Part shown: positions 8,992 to 17,789 of the stretch, piece after piece | How positions within the stretch are numbered: the first letter of the stretch is position 1 | How the letters are laid out: each line of letters starts with the position of its first letter | Source: an uncultured Gammaproteobacteria bacterium | Lineage (GTDB): Bacteria > Patescibacteriota > Microgenomatia > Levybacterales > UBA12049 | Reading direction: 5' to 3' | Assembly: GCA_964408485.1 (NCBI GenBank) | Contig: CAYOZJ010000004.1 | Coordinates: 8,685-72,684, forward strand | Length of the DNA stretch: 64,000 nt | Program-made: the position numbers and the translations under genes | Notes under the pieces: model-generated | Seen by the model: the letters and a program-made list of their open reading frames with translations, nothing else | Databases searched by the model: none | What the model was told of the DNA's origin: nothing

Positions 8992-9068
8992 TAAAAATTT
9001 CAAATCGCCGCTTCGGGGAAGCTGACACCTCGGGGAGGATAATCCCGAGTCGGGAAGTACCCTTGGGG
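8992..9068 (+). repeat. GC-rich repeat family B (core CGCCGCTTCGG(G/C)GAAGCT..GTACCCTTGGGGT), long variant with an internal hairpin. An inverted long copy lies at 16778-16855.
   Basis: Near-identical 70-nt sequence found in reverse complement at 16778-16855. Shorter versions at 15727-15770, 41162-41200 and 35443-35480 (reverse). Confidence 0.55.
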
Positions 9069-9105
9069 TAAGAAATTTAAAATTCCACTATGATATAGTG
9101 GATAT

Positions 9106-9999
9106 ATGTTCCTCTTTGGTAAAAAGATAGCTCACAAACAAGTTAGCCACTTCGAGTCGCTTTCAGAAAAATGGACAGCGCGGCATAGGAGTTTACAGGA
9201 AAAGCTTTGGGAAAAGCATGCCAGGGCTCTTGAGCATCTAAAAAACAAAACAAAGCAATTTGCTGCAGGGTCTTTGGCAGCGGCTATGCTTATTGCGTCT
9301 CCTGGTGCAGCACTATCGACTGCTACTCCTCACACTGTAAAGGAAGTACATTTTAAAGATTTAGATACAGAGACAACCTTTCTTTTAACGCTTGGTTCTC
9401 TTGTTCCGAAAGAGGTACGCCCACTTACACAAGATGAGGAAAGTCATATTGGAAAGATTTTATCAGACCAACTAGGAGCAACGGTGAGTGCAGAGCTAGA
9501 AGGAATTCGTCTCAATCGTTCCTATGGATATATTGGTCAAGAGCAGCATTTAGCCCGTTACAAGGGAGACTCTATGGATACCCATTTCGCATCGGGAGAA
9601 GATGCGCAAAAATATTATGACTATGGCATGGCGCCTGGACTTGGTGCGTATGGATATTTTGCAAAGTCAGGTAATATGACAAAACTTGAAAGTGACCGTG
9701 AAAAATACTACATTGCAGTACAGACATTTTTAGCCCCAGGTTATTTGGAAAATACTAAAAAAATGAATGAGTTTTTTGCATTTCATAAAATGCTCGTTGT
9801 GAATCCGGAAAATGGAAAAGCAATTGTTGCAGATATTGGTGATAGTGGGCCTTCTGAATGGACAGGGAAATCTCTTGGTGGGTCTCCTGAGGTTATGCAC
9901 TACTTAGAGCGAGTTGATGGTGCACAAAAAGGGCCAGTTATTTATATGTTTATCGATGATCCACATGATAAAATTCCATTAGGGCCAGTACAGCTCTAA
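9106..9999 (+). CDS. Hypothetical membrane-anchored protein. The C-terminal region resembles an RlpA-like double-psi beta-barrel (DPBB/3D) domain.
   Basis: N-terminal hydrophobic segment AAGSLAAAMLIASPGAAL. C-terminal VVNPENGKAIVADIGDSGPS..SLGGSPEVMHYL fits the loose RlpA/3D pattern V.N..NG..v...i.D.GP....dlS. Confidence 0.45.
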   Translation: MFLFGKKIAHKQVSHFESLSEKWTARHRSLQEKLWEKHARALEHLKNKTKQFAAGSLAAAMLIASPGAALSTATPHTVKEVHFKDLDTETTFLLTLGSLVPKEVRPLTQDEESHIGKILSDQLGATVSAELEGIRLNRSYGYIGQEQHLARYKGDSMDTHFASGEDAQKYYDYGMAPGLGAYGYFAKSGNMTKLESDREKYYIAVQTFLAPGYLENTKKMNEFFAFHKMLVVNPENGKAIVADIGDSGPSEWTGKSLGGSPEVMHYLERVDGAQKGPVIYMFIDDPHDKIPLGPVQL

Positions 10000-10112
10000 G
10001 GGAATTCAATATTTTCCTTCTCCTTGTAGGAGAAGGTCAGGATGAGGTTTAATAAAGATATAACCTCACCACAATCCTCTCCTAAAAGGAGAGGAAGATC
10101 AGGGAGGAGTAT

Positions 10113-10445
10113 TTGCAGATGACAATATATTTTTATAGCAAACTTATTAATACCGATTCCATTGTCGCAGCGCTTAACGAATTGAATTTATCTGACGAAC
10201 AACGTGCGCATTTACTCGGTATTGTTGAGAGTAGTCTGCATCATGCTATTTTAGATGCCATTCTTTCTGAATTATCTGAAGAAGATAAGCAAGTTTTCTT
10301 AGAGCATGTTACTGAGGATGATCATAAAAAAATCTGGGACTTTTTAAATAAACATGTTGATAAGATTGAGGAAAAAATTATGGAGACAGCAGAGGGATTA
10401 AAAAAAGAGCTTCACCAAGATATTGTCGAGACAAAGGGAAATTAG
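10113..10445 (+). CDS. Hypothetical acidic 110-aa protein, preceded by GGGAGGAG SD
   Basis: ORF with strong SD. No recognisable motifs. Confidence 0.45.
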   Translation: MQMTIYFYSKLINTDSIVAALNELNLSDEQRAHLLGIVESSLHHAILDAILSELSEEDKQVFLEHVTEDDHKKIWDFLNKHVDKIEEKIMETAEGLKKELHQDIVETKGN

Positions 10446-10489
10446 CTTCACTTGTTTCATTTTTCATTGATTCTTACTATACTTATTCT

Positions 10490-11413
10490 ATGGCTATTTT
10501 AGATGTAAAAAATTTGACGAAAAAATTCGGTGAATTTACTGCTGTTAATGACGTTTCTTTTTCGTTGAAAGAGGGAGAGATATTGGGATTTCTCGGCCCA
10601 AATGGTGCTGGAAAAACAACGACACTGCAGATGTTGCTTGGTGTACTAACACCTACAAGCGGAGTGATTCGATATTTCGATAAAGAATTCCCAAAATACC
10701 GAACAGAGATTCTCGAACATGTTAATTTTTCTTCAACATATACAAATCTTCCGTGGTGGTTAACGGTGAAGGAAAATCTTCATTGGATTTCATATCTGTA
10801 TGACATAAAAAATAGAAAAAAAAGAATTGAGGAAATAGTTGAAGCATTTCGTTTAGAAGATATTTATAACCAGTCAATGACAGAATTGTCTGCTGGCCAA
10901 TTAACTCGCGTTAATCTTGCAAAAGCGTTCTTGAATTATCCTAGAATTCTTCTTCTTGATGAGCCAACGGCATCACTTGACGTTGAAATAGCGGAATATA
11001 TTCATGAGTTTTTACTGACACAACGGGAAAAATTTCAAGTTTCAATAATTATCACTTCCCATAATATGTCGGAGGTTGAAAAACTCTGTGATCGCGTTAT
11101 TGTTGTTAATGCAGGAAAAATTATTGCAGATGATACGCCACATGAATTGTCTCGACTCATTGAAAGTTCTAATATACAGCTTCTTATTGCAAAAGGAGAG
11201 GAAAATTTGTTGAAACTTCTAAAAAAAGAAAACATTGTGTATAAAAAGCGAAAAAATACATTTACTCTTGAAGTTGCGACAACAAAAATTGCACCTATAT
11301 TGCAGCAGTTGACACAGCATAATATCGTTTATGACGAGCTGACAATAGAAAAACCAAATCTTGAAACATATTTCTTGCATGCAATAAAAGGAGGTAAAAA
11401 TGAAGTGGCATAG
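10490..11413 (+). CDS. ABC transporter ATP-binding protein (ABC-2 exporter type)
   Basis: Walker A GPNGAGKTTTLQML, signature LSAGQLTRVNLAKAF, Walker B LLLDEPTASLD. Confidence 0.9.
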   Translation: MAILDVKNLTKKFGEFTAVNDVSFSLKEGEILGFLGPNGAGKTTTLQMLLGVLTPTSGVIRYFDKEFPKYRTEILEHVNFSSTYTNLPWWLTVKENLHWISYLYDIKNRKKRIEEIVEAFRLEDIYNQSMTELSAGQLTRVNLAKAFLNYPRILLLDEPTASLDVEIAEYIHEFLLTQREKFQVSIIITSHNMSEVEKLCDRVIVVNAGKIIADDTPHELSRLIESSNIQLLIAKGEENLLKLLKKENIVYKKRKNTFTLEVATTKIAPILQQLTQHNIVYDELTIEKPNLETYFLHAIKGGKNEVA

Positions 11414-12182
11414 GCTGTATGCAATGTTACTCAGGCATTTTTATATTTTTAAGCAAAGCCCAGATAGAATTAGTGAAGTCTTTTTTTGGCCGTTAGTAGA
11501 TATTCTTATTTGGGGAGTAACCGGACTGTATTTTGCCCAGGTGTCTCATTACCCAAACATAGTTGTTTTGCTTCTTTCAGGACTTATTCTATGGACGCTT
11601 GTTTTTCGTGGACAACAGGAAATACCAATGGCACTTCTTGAAGAATTATGGAATAAAAATCTTATTAACATTTTTACATCTCCCCTCACTTTCACTGAAT
11701 GGTTTGTTTCATCAATTCTTTTAGGAATTCTAAAGACAATAGTAAGCTTTATTTTTATTACGCTCCTTGCACTTTTTCTCTACAAACTCAATATACTTAT
11801 GTATGGATTCTATCTGATTCCTTTTACTCTGCTTCTTGTATGGTTTTCATGGACTGTGGGATTTTTTGTCACTGGACTTATTATGCGTTACAGCACAAGA
11901 GTTCAAACGTTAGCTTGGTCATTGATTGCGATATTGTCACCATTTTCGGGCATTTACTACTCGATAGCAATTCTTCCCCAGTGGGCACAGTTTATCGCTC
12001 GCTTTGTGCCAACAAGTTACATATTTGAAGGTATGAGAGAAGTGGTCGCCAAAGGGACAATCTCGCCAGATAAACTACTTATTGCATTTGCCTTAAATTT
12101 TGTCTACTTCATTTTTGCATTTTGGTATTTTAAGAAAAGTTTTCAGAAAGTTCTGCAAAAAGGATTGGTAAAAGTCTTCTAG
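11400..12182 (+). CDS. ABC-2 family transporter permease, overlaps the ATPase gene by 14 nt
   Basis: Six predicted TM helices, operonic overlap with the ABC ATPase. Confidence 0.8.
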   Translation: MKWHRLYAMLLRHFYIFKQSPDRISEVFFWPLVDILIWGVTGLYFAQVSHYPNIVVLLLSGLILWTLVFRGQQEIPMALLEELWNKNLINIFTSPLTFTEWFVSSILLGILKTIVSFIFITLLALFLYKLNILMYGFYLIPFTLLLVWFSWTVGFFVTGLIMRYSTRVQTLAWSLIAILSPFSGIYYSIAILPQWAQFIARFVPTSYIFEGMREVVAKGTISPDKLLIAFALNFVYFIFAFWYFKKSFQKVLQKGLVKVF

Positions 12183-12290
12183 CCGCTAAGTTAGCAGTCT
12201 TTTGACTATCCTGCTAAATACAGTATGACAATTTAGGAATGTGCAGAAAATGATAAAGTGATTCTCTAAACTGCTACACCTCTTTTGTAA

Positions 12291-13136
12291 ATGAATTTTC
12301 TTCCCATAACGATTGCTGCAATTCTATATGCAACATTTGGTATTTTCAATCGATTACTCGAGCCATACTTTGGACCGTTTTCTCAAGGAGTATTCAGGTT
12401 TATTATCCTTCTTCCTGTAGTAACTATTCTCTTTTTTGCAAAAAGTAAATTTAAGAAAATTGCAAAACCTCATATAAAAAACTTTATTTTCCTTGGACTT
12501 TTTAGTTTTTTATCGAGTGTTATCTTTTTTCTTTCATCAACAACGCTGACTTTAGGTATGGCGCTTTTTCTTTTCTATGCAGCATTTACATTAGTATCGT
12601 ATGCGTATGGATATATTTTGTTTCAAGAGAAACCAACACTGCTTAGAATTATTTCCTTACTCCTAGCATGCATAGGTCTTTTTATTATCTTCAATGTGTC
12701 TTTAGGAAAGGTAAGTATCCTTAATCTTCTTATTGGATTTGCAGCAGGTGCTTCATTTGCTCTTTATACTGCATCAACAAAAACACTCAGTAAAATCTAT
12801 CCAAAAGAGCAAATTACATTCCTGGAATATATACAAGTATTCCCTTTATTTCTCTTATTAACAATCTTTATTCCTCAAAAAACAATTGTAACTCCTTGGA
12901 GCGTAGGTGTCGCTGGAGTTTTTGGTTTGCTGCAGATAGCAACGTCACTTCTAACGGTTGTTGGATTTCGTAAACTTGATGCGCAAAGAGCCTCACTCAT
13001 TTTATTATTGGACCCTATTTTAGCAACAATACTTGGAATTTTTCTTTATGGAGAAAATATGTCTGCAGGTTTTATTGTGGGAGCAGTGTTTATTCTTGTT
13101 GCAATGATACTTTCAGAAATTAAGTTAAAAAAGTAA
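12291..13136 (+). CDS. Polytopic membrane protein, DMT/EamA-like (10 TM)
   Basis: Hydrophobicity pattern with two 5-TM halves. No specific motif. Confidence 0.5.
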   Translation: MNFLPITIAAILYATFGIFNRLLEPYFGPFSQGVFRFIILLPVVTILFFAKSKFKKIAKPHIKNFIFLGLFSFLSSVIFFLSSTTLTLGMALFLFYAAFTLVSYAYGYILFQEKPTLLRIISLLLACIGLFIIFNVSLGKVSILNLLIGFAAGASFALYTASTKTLSKIYPKEQITFLEYIQVFPLFLLLTIFIPQKTIVTPWSVGVAGVFGLLQIATSLLTVVGFRKLDAQRASLILLLDPILATILGIFLYGENMSAGFIVGAVFILVAMILSEIKLKK

Positions 13137-13140
13137 CTAT

Positions 13141-14004
13141 CTAATGCCAAACGGTTAAGAATAATCCTGCAATAACAATTAATGCCGCAATTAGTTTTCT
13201 CCATAGATCATTCGTTTCTTTGTGCACAAACATGGCTGTTAGGACATTAAATAGTACAGAAAGTGATGCAAGGGGGATAACGACAATAATGGGACCAAGT
13301 TGTGCTGCGCGTATAATGGAGAATGCTAAGATACTCCATGATGTGCCGGCAAGTATGTAATAAAGTCGCTGTTTTGGTACAAATTCTTTTTTTACATCGC
13401 TAAATTTTGTTTTGGTGATAAATTTTATTGTTATTGCTGAAAAAAGATAAGTAAAAGCAATATAAAAAGGGATGTTGAAGTTTTGAGAAAAACCAATATC
13501 CAGACTCAATGCGATAGCCAAGAATGTGCATGCGATAACCATAAGTGCTGTGTATTTGTTAACGACAAATTTGCCCTTTCGATACATCAAGAGAATATTA
13601 GCTCCAATAATACATAATGCTCCAATAACTTTTCCGATAACGAATGGTTGTTTAAAAACAAGAAATCCAATGATGATAATAAAGACACTCGTCATTTCAT
13701 TAAGAAGGGCTGCTTCGGATGCAGGAAGAAATTTTCGAGCAGTTGTTTTGAGTCTGTCTTGCATACCTGCGACAAAACAGCTTAATAAAAGAAAAATATA
13801 CAACACTGGATTTGTAGGGATAAGAAAAGGAAATAAAGGAATAAGGAAGAGAAGACCTATTGTGGCTATGATTTCCAAAAGCATTGTTGCGGCACTATCA
13901 TTTTTTGCATGCTGAACAGCAAGCTTATATGTCTGGGTAAAAATAACGTCACAAACAATGCTAAGGATTACATAAAATTGCCAGGAATTAAGCAGGTTGC
14001 CCAT
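13141..14004 (-). CDS. Polytopic membrane protein, DMT/EamA-like
   Basis: About 10 hydrophobic helices. Confidence 0.45.
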   Translation of the reverse strand: MGNLLNSWQFYVILSIVCDVIFTQTYKLAVQHAKNDSAATMLLEIIATIGLLFLIPLFPFLIPTNPVLYIFLLLSCFVAGMQDRLKTTARKFLPASEAALLNEMTSVFIIIIGFLVFKQPFVIGKVIGALCIIGANILLMYRKGKFVVNKYTALMVIACTFLAIALSLDIGFSQNFNIPFYIAFTYLFSAITIKFITKTKFSDVKKEFVPKQRLYYILAGTSWSILAFSIIRAAQLGPIIVVIPLASLSVLFNVLTAMFVHKETNDLWRKLIAALIVIAGLFLTVWH

Positions 14005-14056
14005 TTATAAAGCGTAGCATATTGTCAGAGGATTTTATATCTGGTACAGTTTTCCT

Positions 14057-14638
14057 ATGAATCTGCAAACTCTTCTGGTAATTCTCAGTTCTATTTTGGT
14101 TACAGTGGGACCCATTACCTATGCGGTAAGCATTATTAAAGGATCAACACGACCTCACCGTATGACGCGATTTATTCTCGCGTTTGTTTTGACATTGAAT
14201 TTTGTTAGCATCCTTGCAGCAAAGAGCAATCTCGGAGCAGAAGTATTCGCAGGAATTACTTGTATTCAGTCGCTCGCCATTTTTGCATTGAGTCTCTGGA
14301 AAGGTATGGGAGGAACAACTAAATTTGATTGGGTATGTTTAGGTATTGCGCTAATTGGATTAGTTGGTTGGAAAATAACAGGGGATCCCCTTTTAGGTGT
14401 TTGGTTTTCTGTTTTGGCAGATTTTGTTGCATATTTACCTGCATTTGTTAAGACATATTACCATCCTCATACAGAATCTCCTTGGTATTATTTGTTGAGT
14501 GGTTTGGCAGCGCTAATTAGTTTAGTGGCATATAAAATAGAATCAGCGTCAATATTTCAAATATATATACTTCTGTGTGTCATTATTATGACTATACTTA
14601 TCTATAGGAAGGATATTAAAAGAAAGTTTAGTTTATAA
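14057..14638 (+). CDS. Hypothetical 6-TM membrane protein
   Basis: Hydrophobic helices only. Confidence 0.4.
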   Translation: MNLQTLLVILSSILVTVGPITYAVSIIKGSTRPHRMTRFILAFVLTLNFVSILAAKSNLGAEVFAGITCIQSLAIFALSLWKGMGGTTKFDWVCLGIALIGLVGWKITGDPLLGVWFSVLADFVAYLPAFVKTYYHPHTESPWYYLLSGLAALISLVAYKIESASIFQIYILLCVIIMTILIYRKDIKRKFSL

Positions 14639-16762
14639 ATATTTTTTTACTTCCAGTTTATAGTCCTTTATTTTAAATTTTTTCCTCAGTTGGGCAATAG
14701 GAAGTGTAAGATACTGTTTTGCTAATTTTTGAGACTCTCTTTCATATTCTTTTGCGAGGGTTTTATATTTTCCAATACCTTTTTTTATAATTTTATCTTC
14801 CTGCTGTAATACGTCAACATAAAGAAGAAATTTTCCCAACCCTTTTTTCTGAAAATCTGACATGGATACGGGGTTGATGCGAATACTGGAGAATTTTTTT
14901 GAAAAAGTAAGACGATGCCTAAATGTTGCCACATTTTTTTCAAGAATTTCTTTGTCCTTTGCCAGAGATTGGTCGGGAAGTCCAAAGCTGTCAAACAGAA
15001 GAGAAAGAAAGAGTCGTTTTGTCCTGTCAATCATGCTTCCACCCATTTCGTCTTTTTCCGGAACAGCCACTCCCATAATTTCTGCTTGTTCACGAGCAAT
15101 ACTTGGCAATGCGCAGGAGATTGCTGCAATATATGTTTGGAGTGCTATCTTTTCATCTTCATGGACTCTTTTTTTGGCTCTTTGAAAAAGTTGCATAAAT
15201 TCCTTGGCACGGTCACTAAATCCATCAATCAAATGCCCAGCTGTATCTGGTATTACGTATTTAGTATTAAGTATATTTTGAGATTTTTCATCCATTCCAC
15301 TTTGTTCAGGATTCGAGATGACAGGATTTTCTTTACGCTTAACGCTTAACGCTTTACGCTGTCTTGCTCTAATCCCATCTAAGACATCGGTAAGATTGCC
15401 AAATGTATAGTGATACCAGCCTTTTGTTTTAGTAATAACGGATTTGTCATTAAGTTGTTTGAGTCCGAGAGAAAGTTTATTGAGTCCCAAAACAGAAATT
15501 TCATTTGGAGAAAGATTTTTATCAACGAGTCGATCTAAAGCCCATTCAAATTTACGAATAACATTTCGCGCTTTATTATTTTGTGCTGGTGTGAATTGCG
15601 ATTGTTTTATTGCTAAATTGTTAAATTGTTGAGATTGCTTCGCTTCAGTTCCTTCGCTCGCAATGACGGAAGTATTGTTGTTTGAGCTTGTCGAGAACCT
15701 TTGGCTTTCTTTTACGCTTGACGCTTGACGCGCCGCTTCGGCAAAGCTAGTACCCTTGGGGTGCTTTACCCTTAATTCCGGTCTGAGTGTCCATAAAATT
15801 TCCTTTGGTCCGTCTCCTTCGAGAATATGAATACTATTATTGTCTTTCATTTTTTCTTTGAGCATCTCGCGTGCAAGTGGTGTTGGATGGACGCCGTATT
15901 GAGAAAGAGTATAAGAGGTTGGGTCCTCCTTCATGGTAAGCATTGGAATATCAACAGTTGCATCGCCAAAAAGAAATGCATGGATACGCTTGTCATTGCG
16001 AGGAGTCGAAGGCGACGTGGCAATCTCATTAGATTGCTTCGCTTTGTTCGTAATGACATTTTCAGAACCAGAATGGCGATTGAGTTCGATCGCCAAATTT
16101 TTTAATACATACTGCACAGCTTTGTCTTTCCCTGCAGTACTTGGGGTAATAAGTAATTCTCCTGAGAATGTTTCTAGTGAGTTTTTCCATAACAACTTTT
16201 CTGTAAGAATAATGCGAATACCCTTTGGGAATAACTTGAGAACTTCCCTGCGAATAGCATCTACTTGTTTGAGTGGATACGTATTGAGTCTAATGCGTAT
16301 TAAATAGGTATTGCCTCTTCCCAAACGAAACATAAGACCATTGCTTTGTAAATACTGTGTGATGCCATCAGTTATTTCCGCTTTATTCCATGAACTAACA
16401 TTGCCTTGTGCATCAGTTACTTTTGTTGACTGCATAGTCCCTTGCCATGAAAAATCACTGATATATCCGTTTCGTGTCGCGAAGTAAATAATCGTCCCAT
16501 TTGCCGTGATAACAGCATCTGGCTTGGGTACGCCAAGAAGCTTTAAGTGATACTTATCAATCCGTCGCCAAAAAGATCGGCCAGTGACAATAATAAAAGG
16601 GATGCATTTTGCAGAAATATACGCTGCTGTTTGTAAATTAAAGAGAGGTGCAGTAAGAAGGTTAAGGTTGGGGCTAAAAAGCGTGCCATCAATATCGGTA
16701 AGCAACATCGTGGGTTTGTCTTGCTTTTCGAGTTTGGTTAAAATTATATCTGTATCAGACAT
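14633..16762 (-). CDS. 709-aa protein. N-terminal HAD-IIB sugar-phosphate phosphatase domain (SPP/MPGP-like), then a ~400-aa region of unknown function. The linker region passes through several GC-rich repeat elements in frame.
   Basis: HAD motif I LLTDIDGTLF, motif II IVTGRS, motif III lysine in AGKDKAVQYV and motif IV FGDATVDIPML. Repeat-derived segments RVKHPKGTSFAEAARQ, VIASEGTEAKQSQ and RKALSVKRK appear in the translation. Confidence 0.6.
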   Translation of the reverse strand: MSDTDIILTKLEKQDKPTMLLTDIDGTLFSPNLNLLTAPLFNLQTAAYISAKCIPFIIVTGRSFWRRIDKYHLKLLGVPKPDAVITANGTIIYFATRNGYISDFSWQGTMQSTKVTDAQGNVSSWNKAEITDGITQYLQSNGLMFRLGRGNTYLIRIRLNTYPLKQVDAIRREVLKLFPKGIRIILTEKLLWKNSLETFSGELLITPSTAGKDKAVQYVLKNLAIELNRHSGSENVITNKAKQSNEIATSPSTPRNDKRIHAFLFGDATVDIPMLTMKEDPTSYTLSQYGVHPTPLAREMLKEKMKDNNSIHILEGDGPKEILWTLRPELRVKHPKGTSFAEAARQASSVKESQRFSTSSNNNTSVIASEGTEAKQSQQFNNLAIKQSQFTPAQNNKARNVIRKFEWALDRLVDKNLSPNEISVLGLNKLSLGLKQLNDKSVITKTKGWYHYTFGNLTDVLDGIRARQRKALSVKRKENPVISNPEQSGMDEKSQNILNTKYVIPDTAGHLIDGFSDRAKEFMQLFQRAKKRVHEDEKIALQTYIAAISCALPSIAREQAEIMGVAVPEKDEMGGSMIDRTKRLFLSLLFDSFGLPDQSLAKDKEILEKNVATFRHRLTFSKKFSSIRINPVSMSDFQKKGLGKFLLYVDVLQQEDKIIKKGIGKYKTLAKEYERESQKLAKQYLTLPIAQLRKKFKIKDYKLEVKKYL
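15636..15770. repeat. Cluster of repeat fragments inside the same CDS: family A half-site 15636-15675, family D ACGCTTGACGCTTGACGC and family B 15727-15770
   Basis: Matches to copies at 18980-19012, 16853-16920 and 41162-41200, seen directly. Confidence 0.5.
16005..16070. repeat. 66-nt imperfect palindrome (family A: GTCATTGCGAG...GCAATCTC/ATTAGATTGC...CGTAATGAC) inserted in frame in the HAD domain. It encodes VITNKAKQSNEIATSPSTPRND between HAD motifs III and IV.
   Basis: The two halves are reverse complements. 66 nt equals 22 codons with no stop in the coding frame. Confidence 0.6.
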
Positions 16763-16777
16763 AGTGTAAGAAAGCGT

Positions 16778-16855
16778 TAAGGGGAAAGTACCCCAAGGGT
16801 ACTTCCCGACTCGGGATTATCCTCCCCGAGGTGTCAGCTTCCCCGAAGCGGCGCG
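16778..16855 (-). repeat. Inverted copy of the family B long repeat, followed by family D (CGTAAAGCGTTAAG...TTGACGCTTAACGCT) up to ~16920
   Basis: Reverse complement of 8992-9068 with only a few mismatches. Confidence 0.55.
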
Positions 16856-16957
16856 TAAAGCGTTAAGTTTATAAAGAACTTTTATCTTTACCCTTAACCT
16901 TTGACGCTTAACGCTATTCTCATTGTACCAAAAAATACAACGTGGTATTATATTTTT

Positions 16958-17788
16958 ATGGATAAATCCCCCCAGAAAATCCTCGCCGGTGCGTTAAAGG
17001 AAGCCTATTCATTTAGTATCCGTGGGATTGAAAAATTGCGAGATAAGTATATTTGGACAAAGGAAGAGATACAGGATGCTAGAGGCTATTTGATTTACTT
17101 TAGAGATCTTATGAAGACAGAGAATCCAAGTCTTTTCCAGGAGATTTTTGGTGAAGGAGAATTTTTTGATTTAGAGCCATTTGCGAGGGGCTATACATCC
17201 CATGTACTTGCTTTCCGTACTATTGTTGACAAGCGGATTAAGCGGTGGGTTATTAAAGTAGGATTTCGTTATACATTTGTGCCGGACAATGGTGACCCAT
17301 CCAATAGTGAATATCCAAAAGAATATCAAAAATATCTAGATATTTTGCGTGAATCTGTTAAAAAATATAGTCATTTAAATCAGTTGCTTCCAGAGCCACA
17401 GGCAGTTACCTGGGCATCACTTCTTGCAGAGGATGGAAAAAAACATGAAACAACACTTGCTATTCAACCTTGCATGAATGTGATTAAATCTTCCAAGCTT
17501 CGTCGCATCATTACAGGTCAGCAGAAAAAAGATTTACTTGTTGAATTAAGAGAATTTAAAGAATTGTCTGAGTATCTTATTAAAACTCACGAAGTACGGC
17601 CGGAATTAGTAGGGGAAGGGAATTTGGAGATTGTGAGAAAAGGAGACGAGTATCACATAATGCTTCTTGATATGGGGTGGATTGATTTAAAGAAAACACT
17701 TCCTATCACCCATGCAGTTGCACATTTTTCGGCTCAATATGCTGTTGCCAAGCTCGAGGATTGGTTAAAGAGTAGATCCTTTTTTTAA
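16958..17788 (+). CDS. Hypothetical 276-aa protein. The ORF opens at 16901, but the ATG at 16958 (MDKSPQKIL) is more plausible.
   Basis: No recognisable family. HIMLLDMGWIDL is weakly reminiscent of a kinase-like DxG segment. Confidence 0.45.
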   Translation: MDKSPQKILAGALKEAYSFSIRGIEKLRDKYIWTKEEIQDARGYLIYFRDLMKTENPSLFQEIFGEGEFFDLEPFARGYTSHVLAFRTIVDKRIKRWVIKVGFRYTFVPDNGDPSNSEYPKEYQKYLDILRESVKKYSHLNQLLPEPQAVTWASLLAEDGKKHETTLAIQPCMNVIKSSKLRRIITGQQKKDLLVELREFKELSEYLIKTHEVRPELVGEGNLEIVRKGDEYHIMLLDMGWIDLKKTLPITHAVAHFSAQYAVAKLEDWLKSRSFF

Positions 17789-17789
17789 A

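Noticed and set aside
8992-9068. Resemblance of the family B repeat (CGCCGCTTCGG...GAAGCTGAC) to the 5' end of bacterial RNase P RNA (GAAGCUGACC...CGCCGCUUCG)
   Set aside because: The universally conserved GGAAAGUCCGGGC and ACAGAAAGUGCCACAG regions were not found. The repeat is only ~70 nt and occurs in several copies, so it is not an rnpB gene.
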